From contig NZ_CP040006.1 of NCBI RefSeq assembly GCF_005696695.1, positions 990,001 through 1,022,000 on the forward strand: DNA of 32,000 bases. The letters are read 5' to 3'. This document shows positions 24,297 through 32,000 of the stretch, in pieces; within the stretch, counting starts at the first letter, position 1; each line of letters starts with the position of its first letter. The position numbers and the translations under genes are program-made. Origin of the DNA: Schaalia odontolytica. GTDB lineage: Bacteria; Actinomycetota; Actinomycetes; Actinomycetales; Actinomycetaceae. Under the pieces are notes generated by a model, which saw only the letters and a list, made by a program, of their open reading frames with translations, had not been told where the DNA came from and did not search any database.

Positions 24297-26086
24297 TGTG
24301 CCTCCTCTTCAGTGGCGATGTGGGCGATGCGAGTCCCGGCGGTCACGGTGTCGCCCTGCTTGATCGACAGGGACGTGACGGTGCCCGCGCGCGGGGCCAG
24401 CAGCGGCTTTTCCATCTTCATGGCCTCAAGGACGGCCACGAGCTGGCCTTCCTCGACCTGGTCGCCCTCGGACACTGCCAGGGCAACGACGATGGCCTGC
24501 ATGGGAGCGACGATGTCGCCGGGAGCGCCCTGGTGAGGGCCAGCCTGAACGGCGGAGGAACCCGCGCGACGCGGAGCCGAGCGCAGCGGCTGGGGCGGAC
24601 GAGGTGCCGCGGCGGCCGGAGCGTTGAACATGCCGGCCGGCAGGGTCAGAGATACGCGGCGGCCATCCAGCTCGATGATGTACGTCTGACGCGGCAGGTC
24701 GGCCGTCGACGAGGCCTCGGCGGGCACAGCCAGGTCCGAGTAGTCGTGCTGGGGCATGAACGTCGTCTCAAACCAGCGCGTGGAGACGTTGAAGCCGCCG
24801 ACACCGCAGAAATCGGGATCGTTGATGATGTCCTGGTAGACGGGAACCGGAGTGGCCACGCCCTGCACCGAGAACTCGGCCAGCGCGCGGCGCGAACGCG
24901 CCAGCGCCTGCTCGCGATCCGCGCCGGTGACGATGATCTTGGCGATCATGGAATCGAAGGCGGTCTGCACGGAGTCGCCCTGATCGATGCCCAGCTCTAG
25001 ACGGATGCCGGGACCCAGGGGCCAGTGCACCTCATCGAGGCGGCCTGCCGTGGGGGTCAGGTCCTTCGACGGGTCCTCGGAGGTCACGCGGAACTCGAAG
25101 GAGTGGCCGCGAGGCTCCGGGGGAGTGGTGAGCGGCAGGCCCTGCGCGATACGAATCTGCTCGCGCACCAGGTCGATGCCCGTGACTTCTTCGGACACGG
25201 GGTGCTCGACCTGCAGACGCGGGTTGACCTCGAGGAACCAGATGTTGCCGTCGGGCTCGAGCAGGAACTCCACCGTGCCCACGCCCACGTAGTCGACGTG
25301 CTCGAACAGCGCGCGTGACGCGTTCACGAGCGTCTCGTGCGCGCCCTCGGGCAGGAACGGGGCGGGAGCCTCCTCGACCAGCTTCTGGTTGCGACGCTGC
25401 ACCGAGCAGTCGCGGGTCGAGATGACGTGGAAGTTGCCGTGCGAGTCGCGGGCCGACTGCGTCTCGACGTGACGGGCGACCTCGACAAAACGCTCGACGA
25501 AGTGAGCGCCCAGGTCGGCGGCGTCCGTGTGACGCGCGAAGAACAGGTCGAGGTCGGCCTGAGAACGGATGATGCTGATGCCTCGGCCGCCGCCGCCATC
25601 GGCGCGCTTGAGCACCACGGGGTAACCAGCGGAGGCGATGAAGGCCTCGACCTCTTCGCGCGAGGTCACGGGCTCGGATACACCGGGGACGGGAGCTACG
25701 CCGCATGCCTCGGCGACGCGACGGGCCTTGATCTTGTCGCCCAGCGCGTCGATGACGGAAGACGCGGGGCCGAGCCACGCGATACCGGCATCCTCGACAG
25801 CGCGTGCGAACTCGGAGTTCTCCGAGAGGAATCCGTAGCCGGGATGGATCGCATCCGCACCCGTCTCCAGAGCGATTGCCAGGATCTTCTCACCGTTCAG
25901 ATACGTCGATGCCGCATCGTCGCCACCGAGGGACAGGGCCTCGTCGGCCTCGCGCGTATGAGGTGCCGCCATGTCCTGATCGGCGTAAACCGCGATCGTC
26001 GCAATGCCCATGTCGGTGGCCGTGCGGCACACGCGCAGAGCGATTTCGCCACGGTTGGCGACGAGGATTCGATTAATTGTTCGCAC
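24293..26086 (-). CDS. acetyl/propionyl-CoA carboxylase alpha subunit (biotin carboxylase + BCCP), 597 aa (GTG start)
   Basis: The N-terminal ILVANRGEIALRV block, an ATP-grasp core and a C-terminal biotinyl domain with EAMKME are present. Confidence 0.93.
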   Translation of the reverse strand: MRTINRILVANRGEIALRVCRTATDMGIATIAVYADQDMAAPHTREADEALSLGGDDAASTYLNGEKILAIALETGADAIHPGYGFLSENSEFARAVEDAGIAWLGPASSVIDALGDKIKARRVAEACGVAPVPGVSEPVTSREEVEAFIASAGYPVVLKRADGGGGRGISIIRSQADLDLFFARHTDAADLGAHFVERFVEVARHVETQSARDSHGNFHVISTRDCSVQRRNQKLVEEAPAPFLPEGAHETLVNASRALFEHVDYVGVGTVEFLLEPDGNIWFLEVNPRLQVEHPVSEEVTGIDLVREQIRIAQGLPLTTPPEPRGHSFEFRVTSEDPSKDLTPTAGRLDEVHWPLGPGIRLELGIDQGDSVQTAFDSMIAKIIVTGADREQALARSRRALAEFSVQGVATPVPVYQDIINDPDFCGVGGFNVSTRWFETTFMPQHDYSDLAVPAEASSTADLPRQTYIIELDGRRVSLTLPAGMFNAPAAAAPRPPQPLRSAPRRAGSSAVQAGPHQGAPGDIVAPMQAIVVALAVSEGDQVEEGQLVAVLEAMKMEKPLLAPRAGTVTSLSIKQGDTVTAGTRIAHIATEEEAQ

Positions 26087-26957
26087 GCTTCTCCTTGGTG
26101 TCGTGAACGGTTGTCAGAGGTATTCCGGTTGCCAAGACATCTCCGGCGTTAATGTCGTGAGTGCGGCCATCGTCGGTGGCCACGAGGAGGGAGCCGGTTG
26201 GGCTCAGCCCCAGAGCAACGCCTTCCATCGCCGGGTGACCATTCGGATCCGTCGGCTTCGCCAGCGCGATGCGCGTCCCCAGAAGCGGCAGGGCGTTCGC
26301 GGCCTCGTCAGCCAGCCCGCAATCGTGCGCGTTTCCATGGGCGACGAGGCCTCGGATGCGAGAGTCGAGTCCGGCGAGGATCTGGGCAAGCAGGGTGTGG
26401 GAGACGGAGGTGGGATCGGCTCCGGCCTCGGCGTCGCCCTCGGTGTACAGGGAGGTGGCCTGCGGGGTAGCGAGGTGATCGGAGTCCTGCCCGATGTTGA
26501 TGCCGTAGCCGAGAATTGCGCTCGTCGTAAAAGGGGACGAGGCCGGGGCGAGTTGGGCGAGGATGCCGCAGATTTTGCGCGCTCCGTCGACGAGTACGTC
26601 GTTGGGCCACTTGAGAGAGACTGTGTGTCCGATGGACGTCAGGCGGGGGGACAGAGCGTCGCGAACGGAGAGTGCGCACGCGTGTACGAGCCAGCCGAGC
26701 ATCTCCGTGGGGAATGAGGTGGGGAGGGAGACGATGGTGGAGGCGAGGAGGGCCTGACCATCCGGGGCTGTCCACGTGCGCCCGAGGCGGCCACGGCCTG
26801 CGCTTTGACGATCGGCGATGATCGTTGTCAGGTGGGGAGTGGCGGTCGTCGTGTCGGTGAGGAGGGACGCTGCGAGATCGAGGGTGGAGGACGTGTCGCT
26901 CACGTGATAAACGGGGGAGTGAACGCCCTCAATGACGATGCGTGTTGCGCGCTCCAT
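26073..26957 (-). CDS. birA: biotin--[acetyl-CoA-carboxylase] ligase, class I (no N-terminal HTH), 294 aa
   Basis: The biotin-binding motif RQSAGRGRLGRTW lies about 60 aa from the start, and KWPNDVL and KICGIL are also present. The start is ATG 26957 with GGAGGTGG upstream. The stop overlaps the accA-like GTG by 14 nt. Confidence 0.85.
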   Translation of the reverse strand: MERATRIVIEGVHSPVYHVSDTSSTLDLAASLLTDTTTATPHLTTIIADRQSAGRGRLGRTWTAPDGQALLASTIVSLPTSFPTEMLGWLVHACALSVRDALSPRLTSIGHTVSLKWPNDVLVDGARKICGILAQLAPASSPFTTSAILGYGINIGQDSDHLATPQATSLYTEGDAEAGADPTSVSHTLLAQILAGLDSRIRGLVAHGNAHDCGLADEAANALPLLGTRIALAKPTDPNGHPAMEGVALGLSPTGSLLVATDDGRTHDINAGDVLATGIPLTTVHDTKEKRANN

Positions 26958-27275
26958 GCCACCTCCTGTCCGGCCTTTCGCGTGTTTGACAGGGGAGATA
27001 GTGCTCCCCAGGTACTTCAAAGTTTGTCTCAAAACTCAAACCTACGCATGCGTTTCTTAAAAAATTGGAACAGTTTCTGGCAAATCACTACGGATCCGTA
27101 ACCAACGCGGAACCCTTGTGAGGAGCGGGAGCCGAGAAATCCCGACACTAGGCGCTGAGATGAGGATCACCGAGCCTTGCGTCCCGCTGGGTGGCTCACT
27201 GGCCCGTGCGGGGTCGGTACCATAGGAAGGAACACGCGCGCGAGGGCGCGCCCCAAACCACCCGAACGGAGTAAC

Positions 27276-28958
27276 GTGGCGGAGTTTATTTATCAGATGA
27301 TCAAGGCCCGCAAGGCCATCGGTGACAAGGTCATCCTCGACGATGTCACCATGAGCTTCTTCCCGGGCGCCAAGATCGGTATGGTCGGCCCGAACGGTGC
27401 CGGTAAGTCCTCGATCCTGAAGATCATGGCTGGCCTGGATGAGCCCAGCAACGGCGAGGCTCGCCTGACCCCCGGCTACACGGTTGGCATCCTCATGCAG
27501 GAACCCGTTCTTGATGAGACGAAGACCGTCATTGAGAACGTCCGTCTCGGTGCCGCTGATATCTTCGGCAAGCTCGCTCGCTTCAATGAGATCTCCGAAG
27601 AGATGGCGAATCCTGACGCCGACTTCGATGCCCTGATGGAGGAGATGGGTAAGCTCCAGACCGAGATCGACGCCGCCAACGCGTGGGACATCGACTCTCA
27701 GCTCGATCAGGCGATGGACGCGCTGCGCTGCCCGCCGCCGGACCAGCCGGTGTCTGTCCTCTCTGGCGGTGAGCGCCGCCGCGTGGCGCTGTGCAAGCTC
27801 CTCATCGAGGCCCCCGACCTGCTGCTGCTCGACGAGCCCACGAACCACCTCGACGCCGAGAGCGTGCTCTGGCTCGAGAAGCACCTTGCGTCCTACCCGG
27901 GCGCGGTCATTGCCGTCACCCACGACCGTTACTTCCTCGACCATGTCGCCGGCTGGATCGCCGAAGTTGATCGTGGCCACCTCTACCCCTACGAGGGCAA
28001 CTACTCCACCTACCTGGAGACGAAGGAGAAGCGCCTCGAGGTTCAGGGGCAGAAGGATGCCAAGCTGGCCAAGCGTTTGAAGGAAGAACTCGAGTGGGTT
28101 CGCTCTAACGCGAAGGGCCGCCAGGCCAAGTCGAAGGCCCGTCTGGCCCGCTACGAGGAGATGGCTGCCGAGGCCGAGCGCACGCGCAAGCTCGACTTCG
28201 AGGAAATCCAGATTCCGCCGGGCCCGCGCCTGGGTAGCGTCGTCATCGAGGCGAAGGACCTGCAAAAGGGCTTTGGTGATCGCTCGCTCATCAACGGTCT
28301 GTCCTTCTCGCTGCCGCGAAACGGCATCGTCGGCGTCATCGGCCCGAACGGCGTTGGTAAGACCACGCTGTTCAAGACGATCGTCGGCCTCGAGCCTCTC
28401 GACGGCGGCGAGCTGACGATCGGCGAGACCGTCAAGATCAGCTACGTCGACCAGTCGCGCGCCGGTATTGACCCGGACAAGACCCTGTGGGAGGTCGTCT
28501 CGGACGGCCTGGACTTCATTCAGGTCGGCAACGTGGAAATGCCTTCGCGCGCCTACGTCTCCGCGTTTGGCTTCAAGGGGCCGGATCAGCAGAAGCCGGC
28601 TGGCGTCCTGTCCGGTGGCGAGCGCAACCGTCTGAACCTGGCTCTCACCCTCAAGCAGGGCGGCAACCTCCTCCTGCTGGATGAGCCGACCAACGACCTC
28701 GATGTCGAGACCCTTGGTTCACTGGAAAACGCCCTCCTGGCGTTCCCCGGCTGCGCCGTCGTCGTCACCCACGACCGTTGGTTCCTCGACCGCGTTGCCA
28801 CCCATATCCTCGCATGGGAGGGTACTGAGGAAGCGCCTGACAACTGGTACTGGTTCGAGGGCAACTTCGAGGCGTACGAGAAGAACAAGGTGGCCCGCCT
28901 GGGCGAGGCTGCCGCGAACCCGCACCGTGTGACGCACCGCAAGCTCACGCGCGACTGA
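27276..28958 (+). CDS. ettA: energy-dependent translational throttle protein EttA (ABC-F ATPase), 560 aa (GTG start)
   Basis: The protein starts [13 protein letters not shown]. It has two ABC cassettes, with Walker A motifs GPNGAGKSS and GPNGVGKTT and signatures [11 protein letters not shown] and [11 protein letters not shown]. There is no transmembrane domain. ACGGAG lies upstream of the GTG. Confidence 0.95.
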   Translation: MAEFIYQMIKARKAIGDKVILDDVTMSFFPGAKIGMVGPNGAGKSSILKIMAGLDEPSNGEARLTPGYTVGILMQEPVLDETKTVIENVRLGAADIFGKLARFNEISEEMANPDADFDALMEEMGKLQTEIDAANAWDIDSQLDQAMDALRCPPPDQPVSVLSGGERRRVALCKLLIEAPDLLLLDEPTNHLDAESVLWLEKHLASYPGAVIAVTHDRYFLDHVAGWIAEVDRGHLYPYEGNYSTYLETKEKRLEVQGQKDAKLAKRLKEELEWVRSNAKGRQAKSKARLARYEEMAAEAERTRKLDFEEIQIPPGPRLGSVVIEAKDLQKGFGDRSLINGLSFSLPRNGIVGVIGPNGVGKTTLFKTIVGLEPLDGGELTIGETVKISYVDQSRAGIDPDKTLWEVVSDGLDFIQVGNVEMPSRAYVSAFGFKGPDQQKPAGVLSGGERNRLNLALTLKQGGNLLLLDEPTNDLDVETLGSLENALLAFPGCAVVVTHDRWFLDRVATHILAWEGTEEAPDNWYWFEGNFEAYEKNKVARLGEAAANPHRVTHRKLTRD

Positions 28959-28970
28959 TTCGCAGCGTAT

Positions 28971-29000
28971 GAGGGGGAGGGCCTGGCGGTCCTCCCCCTC
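28971..29000 (+). terminator. hairpin after ettA
   Basis: GAGGGGGAGG (28971-28980) pairs with CCTCCCCCTC (28991-29000), a perfect 10-bp stem with a 10-nt loop. It starts 13 nt after the stop and has no clear U-tract. Confidence 0.5.
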
Positions 29001-29155
29001 ATCGTGTCTATTGGTGGATTCGGTGTGCGGTACCGCGTCGTGTGTGCCGGTCTGAGTCAATAGTTTGACAGAGCGTTGGATTGTAGCCCTGCTTCGTGGG
29101 ATGCACTCCTGTCAGCGGTGGTTTGTCCGCGAATTGCTCGTGTTATGGATCCCAC

Positions 29156-29188
29156 TTGCCTTTTGCGCAGGTCACATCTACTATGTGA
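29156..29188 (+). promoter_or_regulatory. candidate promoter with an operator-like inverted repeat over the -10, upstream of the EIIB-like gene and malQ
   Basis: The layout is TTGCCT (29156-29161), a 17 nt spacer, then TACTAT (29179-29184). The inverted repeat TCACAT (29172-29177) / ATGTGA (29183-29188), with a 5-nt spacer, straddles the -10. The ATG is at 29228 after AAAGGGG. Confidence 0.4.
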
Positions 29189-29227
29189 TACGAATCGCAA
29201 ACTTCCGACGGCGCGAAAGGGGCTCCG

Positions 29228-29512
29228 ATGGCGATTGAACAAGCGCTCATCGACGCGCTGGGTGGACACCTCAATATCGTCGAGGTAGAACCCTGCACGA
29301 TGCGAATCCGTATTCAGGTGAAATCTCAGCGAGACGTCGATGAGGCGGCGCTGCGCGTGGATGGCGTATTAGCCGTCGTGCGCTCCGGCGACGTTGTTCA
29401 GATCGTGTGCGGTGCTCAGTCCGACGATGTGGCAGCTGCGATGATCTCAATCCTTGAACGCGTGGCCCATGACACGCCTGCGGAGTCTTTGTCGCAGCGC
29501 GTCCACGCCTAG
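29228..29512 (+). CDS. stand-alone PTS EIIB (glucose-family)-like protein, 94 aa
   Basis: The N-terminal LIDALGGHLNIVEVEPCTMRIRIQV matches the EIIB type-1 pattern (N-x-x-x-x-x-C-x-x-R-hydrophobic-R). There is no EIIC domain in this ORF or adjacent to it. Confidence 0.7.
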   Translation: MAIEQALIDALGGHLNIVEVEPCTMRIRIQVKSQRDVDEAALRVDGVLAVVRSGDVVQIVCGAQSDDVAAAMISILERVAHDTPAESLSQRVHA

Positions 29513-29553
29513 TATTAAAGGTGTCATCAGCCCGCAACGTAGAAGGCTTTTTT

Positions 29554-31704
29554 GTGGATATTCACGCACCCGCATCTGACAACATCGATGAGCTGCGCCG
29601 TATCGCCGATGCTAATGGCGTAGCCACCGGATTCTGGGATTGGTACGGGAATTGGGTGGGCGTGAGTGCGTCTACCCTCCTGAAGGTCCTGGGCGCTCTT
29701 GGACTTCCCCTCGACGAATCGTCCACGGTGGGGGATGTGCACGAGGCTCTGCGCCTGACCGAAGAGCGCGAATGGCGCCGTACCCTGCCTCCGACGATCG
29801 TCGCCCGCCAGGGTGGCGGCTACATGTTCCCGGTGCACGTGCCGGACGGCTCGTGGGTGAACGTCCAGTGGGTGCTGGAGGACGGTCGTAAGGGCTCGTG
29901 CGATCAGGTGGATCGCTACGTTCCTCCGCGCATGATCGACGGCGAGCTCGTCGGCCGCGCCACCTTCGACGTGCCGCACTGGCTGCCGCTCGGATGGCAC
30001 CGCCTCGTGGCGACTGTCGAGGGCGGACACGTGGAGTCCGCGACCCTCATCATCGTGCCGAACACGCTGTCCCTGCCGCTCCTGGAGTCCTCGCGCCGCG
30101 TGTGGGGTGTCAACGCTCAGCTGTACTCGACGCGCTCGGCCTCCTCGTGGGGCATCGGTGACGCCACCGATCTGGCTGACCTGGCTGCCGTGTGTGCGGA
30201 CAAGGGTGCAGATTTCCTGCTTATCAACCCTGTCCACGCATCACAGCCGGTGTCTCCGCTGGAGAACTCTCCCTACCTGCCGGTGTCGCGCCGTTGGCTC
30301 AACCCGATCTACATTCGTCCCGAGAGTATCGAGGAGTACGCCTCCCTGCCCCAGGCTTCGCGCGCGGCCATCGAGCAGCTGCGCGACTCGACCCGCCAGT
30401 TCGCCATCCGCGAGGACCTGATCGACCGCGATCGCTCGTGGGAGGCCAAGCGCAAGGCACTCGAGGTCATCTTCGCCGCTCCGCGTTCCTACCATCGCCA
30501 GAGCCAGCTGGATCGCTTCATCGAGCGCGGCGGTTCGGAGCTGTCCAACTACGCGCTGTGGTGCGCTCTCGTTGAGCGCGAGGGCACGATCGAGCTGCCC
30601 GAGGACCTTGCCCGTTCGTCTGCGCCTCGCGTCGAGATGGAACGTCTCGAACTGGCCGATCGTGTTGACTTCTACCAGTGGTGCCAGTGGGTTGCCGCCG
30701 AACAGCTCGCGCATGCCCATCACGTGGCGCGTGAGGTCGGCATGGAGATCGGCATCATGGCTGATCTGGCAGTCGGCGTGCACGGCTACGGTTCCGAAAA
30801 GTGGAGCCGACCGGAGCTCTTCGCCTCCGGCATGAGCGTCGGCGCCCCGCCGGACGTCTACTCCCAGCAGGGCCAGAACTGGTCGCAGCCGCCGTGGTCG
30901 CCGCGTAGCCTCGCGGAGTCGGGTTACCTGCCGCTGCGCGACATGGTCCGCGCTGCGCTGGCGAACGCCGGTGCGGTGCGCATCGACCACATCCTGGGTA
31001 TGTTCCGCCTCTGGTGGATCCCGGAAGGTTGCGCTGCCACCGAAGGTACCTACGTGTACTACGATCACGAGGCCATGATGGGCGTCATCCTGCTGGAGGC
31101 CCAGCGTGCGGGTGCCGTCGTCATCGGCGAGGATCTCGGAGTCGTGGAGCCGTGGGTGCGCGATTACCTGCGCGAGCGTGGCGTCCTCGGCACCTCCGTT
31201 GTGTGGTTCGAAAAGGAGGGGGGCGGCTGGCCGCTGCGTCCCGAGCACTACCGTGATCGCGCTCTGGCCGCAGTCAACATCCATGACTTGCCGCCGACGC
31301 TCGGCTACATCCGTGGCATCCAGACGACGCTGCGTTCTGAGCTTGGTCTGCTGACGGACGACATCGAGACAGTGCGCGCGGGCGATCGCCTTGAACTCGA
31401 ACAGGTGGGCGCGCGACTGCATGAGTACGGCTGCATCGACGGCGCAGAGCCCAGCGAGCGCGAGACCGTTGAGGGCCTGTACCGCTACGTTGCGAAGACC
31501 CCGTCGAAGCTGGTCGTCGCCTCCCTCGTGGATGCGGTCGGGGATGTGCGCCCGCAGAATATGCCGGGCACGGGTGCTGACCAGTACCCGAACTGGTGCG
31601 TGCCGCTGTGCGATTCCGATGGGGAAGAAGTTGCGATCGAGGACCTGCCCACGGACGAGCGCCTAACCTCTCTGTTCGCGCTGTTGCGCGGGACCGTCCG
31701 CTGA
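29554..31704 (+). CDS. malQ: 4-alpha-glucanotransferase (amylomaltase, GH77; long actinobacterial form), about 716 aa
   Basis: GH77 blocks are present: WGIGDATDL, LLINPVH, SPYLPVSRRW, VRIDHILGMFRLWWIP, VIGEDLGVV and HDLPPT. GTG 29554 is preferred because GAAGG lies upstream and the N-terminus then has the length of known long MalQ proteins. The track start at GTG 29521 is an in-frame alternative. Confidence 0.9.
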   Translation: MDIHAPASDNIDELRRIADANGVATGFWDWYGNWVGVSASTLLKVLGALGLPLDESSTVGDVHEALRLTEEREWRRTLPPTIVARQGGGYMFPVHVPDGSWVNVQWVLEDGRKGSCDQVDRYVPPRMIDGELVGRATFDVPHWLPLGWHRLVATVEGGHVESATLIIVPNTLSLPLLESSRRVWGVNAQLYSTRSASSWGIGDATDLADLAAVCADKGADFLLINPVHASQPVSPLENSPYLPVSRRWLNPIYIRPESIEEYASLPQASRAAIEQLRDSTRQFAIREDLIDRDRSWEAKRKALEVIFAAPRSYHRQSQLDRFIERGGSELSNYALWCALVEREGTIELPEDLARSSAPRVEMERLELADRVDFYQWCQWVAAEQLAHAHHVAREVGMEIGIMADLAVGVHGYGSEKWSRPELFASGMSVGAPPDVYSQQGQNWSQPPWSPRSLAESGYLPLRDMVRAALANAGAVRIDHILGMFRLWWIPEGCAATEGTYVYYDHEAMMGVILLEAQRAGAVVIGEDLGVVEPWVRDYLRERGVLGTSVVWFEKEGGGWPLRPEHYRDRALAAVNIHDLPPTLGYIRGIQTTLRSELGLLTDDIETVRAGDRLELEQVGARLHEYGCIDGAEPSERETVEGLYRYVAKTPSKLVVASLVDAVGDVRPQNMPGTGADQYPNWCVPLCDSDGEEVAIEDLPTDERLTSLFALLRGTVR

Positions 31705-31728
31705 CGGGACTCCAATACGCTGAACAAG

Positions 31729-31764
31729 TGAACCCCGCGACCCGAAAAAGGGCCGCGGGGTTCA
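31729..31764. terminator. bidirectional terminator between malQ and the convergent EIIA gene
   Basis: TGAACCCCGCG (31729-31739) pairs with CGCGGGGTTCA (31754-31764), with an inner extension around a GAAAAA loop. Confidence 0.6.
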
Positions 31765-31780
31765 TGCATACGGTCGGGGC

Positions 31781-32000
31781 TCAGTCACCATCGGAAAGAG
31801 AAAACAGCGGATCGAGAACCCCCACCGTGGGCAGTGCTTCATCGAACTCGGGAGAGACCGGCTCTCCGGGAGGGCTGACGACGATGACTGGCACGCAGGG
31901 GGACAGCCCCGCCCCGCGGACGGGGCCGAGATCCCAGTGAATGAGGGGAGTACCCTCGTCGACGATGTCGCCCTCCTCGACGAGGGGAGCAAAGCCTCGG
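31781..32000 (-). CDS. PTS EIIA (glucose-family) domain protein, C-terminal fragment; the 5' end lies beyond the window
   Basis: Hand translation of the minus strand gives ...RGFAPLVEEGDIVDEGTPLIHWDLGPVRGAGLSPCVPVIVVSPPGEPVSPEFDEALPTVGVLDPLFSLSDGD*. It matches the EIIA-Glc C-terminal pattern (G-F...EEG..V..G..LI.FDL......G.....PVVV). It is not in the ORF track because it has no start codon in the window. Confidence 0.7.
   Translation of the reverse strand, partial: RGFAPLVEEGDIVDEGTPLIHWDLGPVRGAGLSPCVPVIVVSPPGEPVSPEFDEALPTVGVLDPLFSLSDGD

Noticed and set aside
27115-27190. An SAH-riboswitch-like string (GAGGAGCGG...AGGCGCTGAG) upstream of ettA.
   Set aside because: The pseudoknot partners do not match (AGCGG versus GCGCT). 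The genetic context, a translation factor, is unrelated to SAH recycling. The resemblance is probably chance.
27057-28265. A 402-aa ORF antisense to ettA. Similar shadows lie at 9998-11305, 30241-31422, 5553-6557, 13126-14865, 22758-23822, 24296-25000, 25337-26152 and 3358-4494.
   Set aside because: All lie opposite to, or out of frame with, strongly supported genes. All have Arg/Gly/Asp/His-rich composition and lack start-site signals.
29101-29238. A 45-aa hydrophobic ORF (MHSCQRWFVRELLVLWIPLAFCAGHIYYVIRIANFRRRERGSDGD) upstream of the EIIB-like gene.
   Set aside because: It has no SD and low third-position G+C. It overlaps the predicted promoter/operator and the EIIB-like start codon, so it is probably fortuitous.
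1-32000. CRISPR arrays, insertion sequences, prophage genes, toxin-antitoxin pairs with recognisable families, restriction-modification systems or other defence systems.
   Set aside because: There are no regularly spaced repeats other than the three 30-bp-phased boxes at 12054-12122. There are no terminal inverted repeats flanking an ORF. Every ORF of 60 aa or more that looks real is assignable to core metabolism, translation or transport.

Overview
High-GC actinobacterial chromosomal segment, read by eye with no database search. It consists almost entirely of core metabolism and translation genes. Left to right: GNAT acetyltransferase; cysE-cysK and a YigZ/IMPACT gene (minus strand); rpmF (L32, below the ORF-track cutoff); a cation:proton antiporter; tRNA-Arg(UCU); a 47-codon membrane ORF; metF-metE; a lower-GC 440 bp spacer followed by an orphan OmpR-type winged-helix regulator; ilvA; orn; an atypical SSB paralog preceded by phased DnaA-box-like repeats; a 13.9 kb co-directional lipid cluster birA-accA(BC/BCCP)-accD(CT)-fas(type I FAS, about 3075 aa)-acpS; ettA; a stand-alone PTS EIIB-like gene with malQ; and the 3' end of a convergent PTS EIIA gene. 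I see no CRISPR array, transposase, integrase, phage gene or recognisable defence gene, so I cannot support a claim of a new system here. The items most worth a second look are small and regulatory. They are the 30-bp-phased TCCACAGGGG (DnaA-box-like) repeats upstream of an SSB paralog whose C-terminal tip is degenerate; a Shine-Dalgarno- and terminator-flanked 47-aa tail-anchored ORF next to the tRNA; a 21-codon ORF with 10 Met/Cys codons in the metE-downstream spacer; the 360-nt metF-metE leader; and the compact birA-to-acpS arrangement. The many long ORFs antisense to or overlapping real genes are GC-driven shadows.
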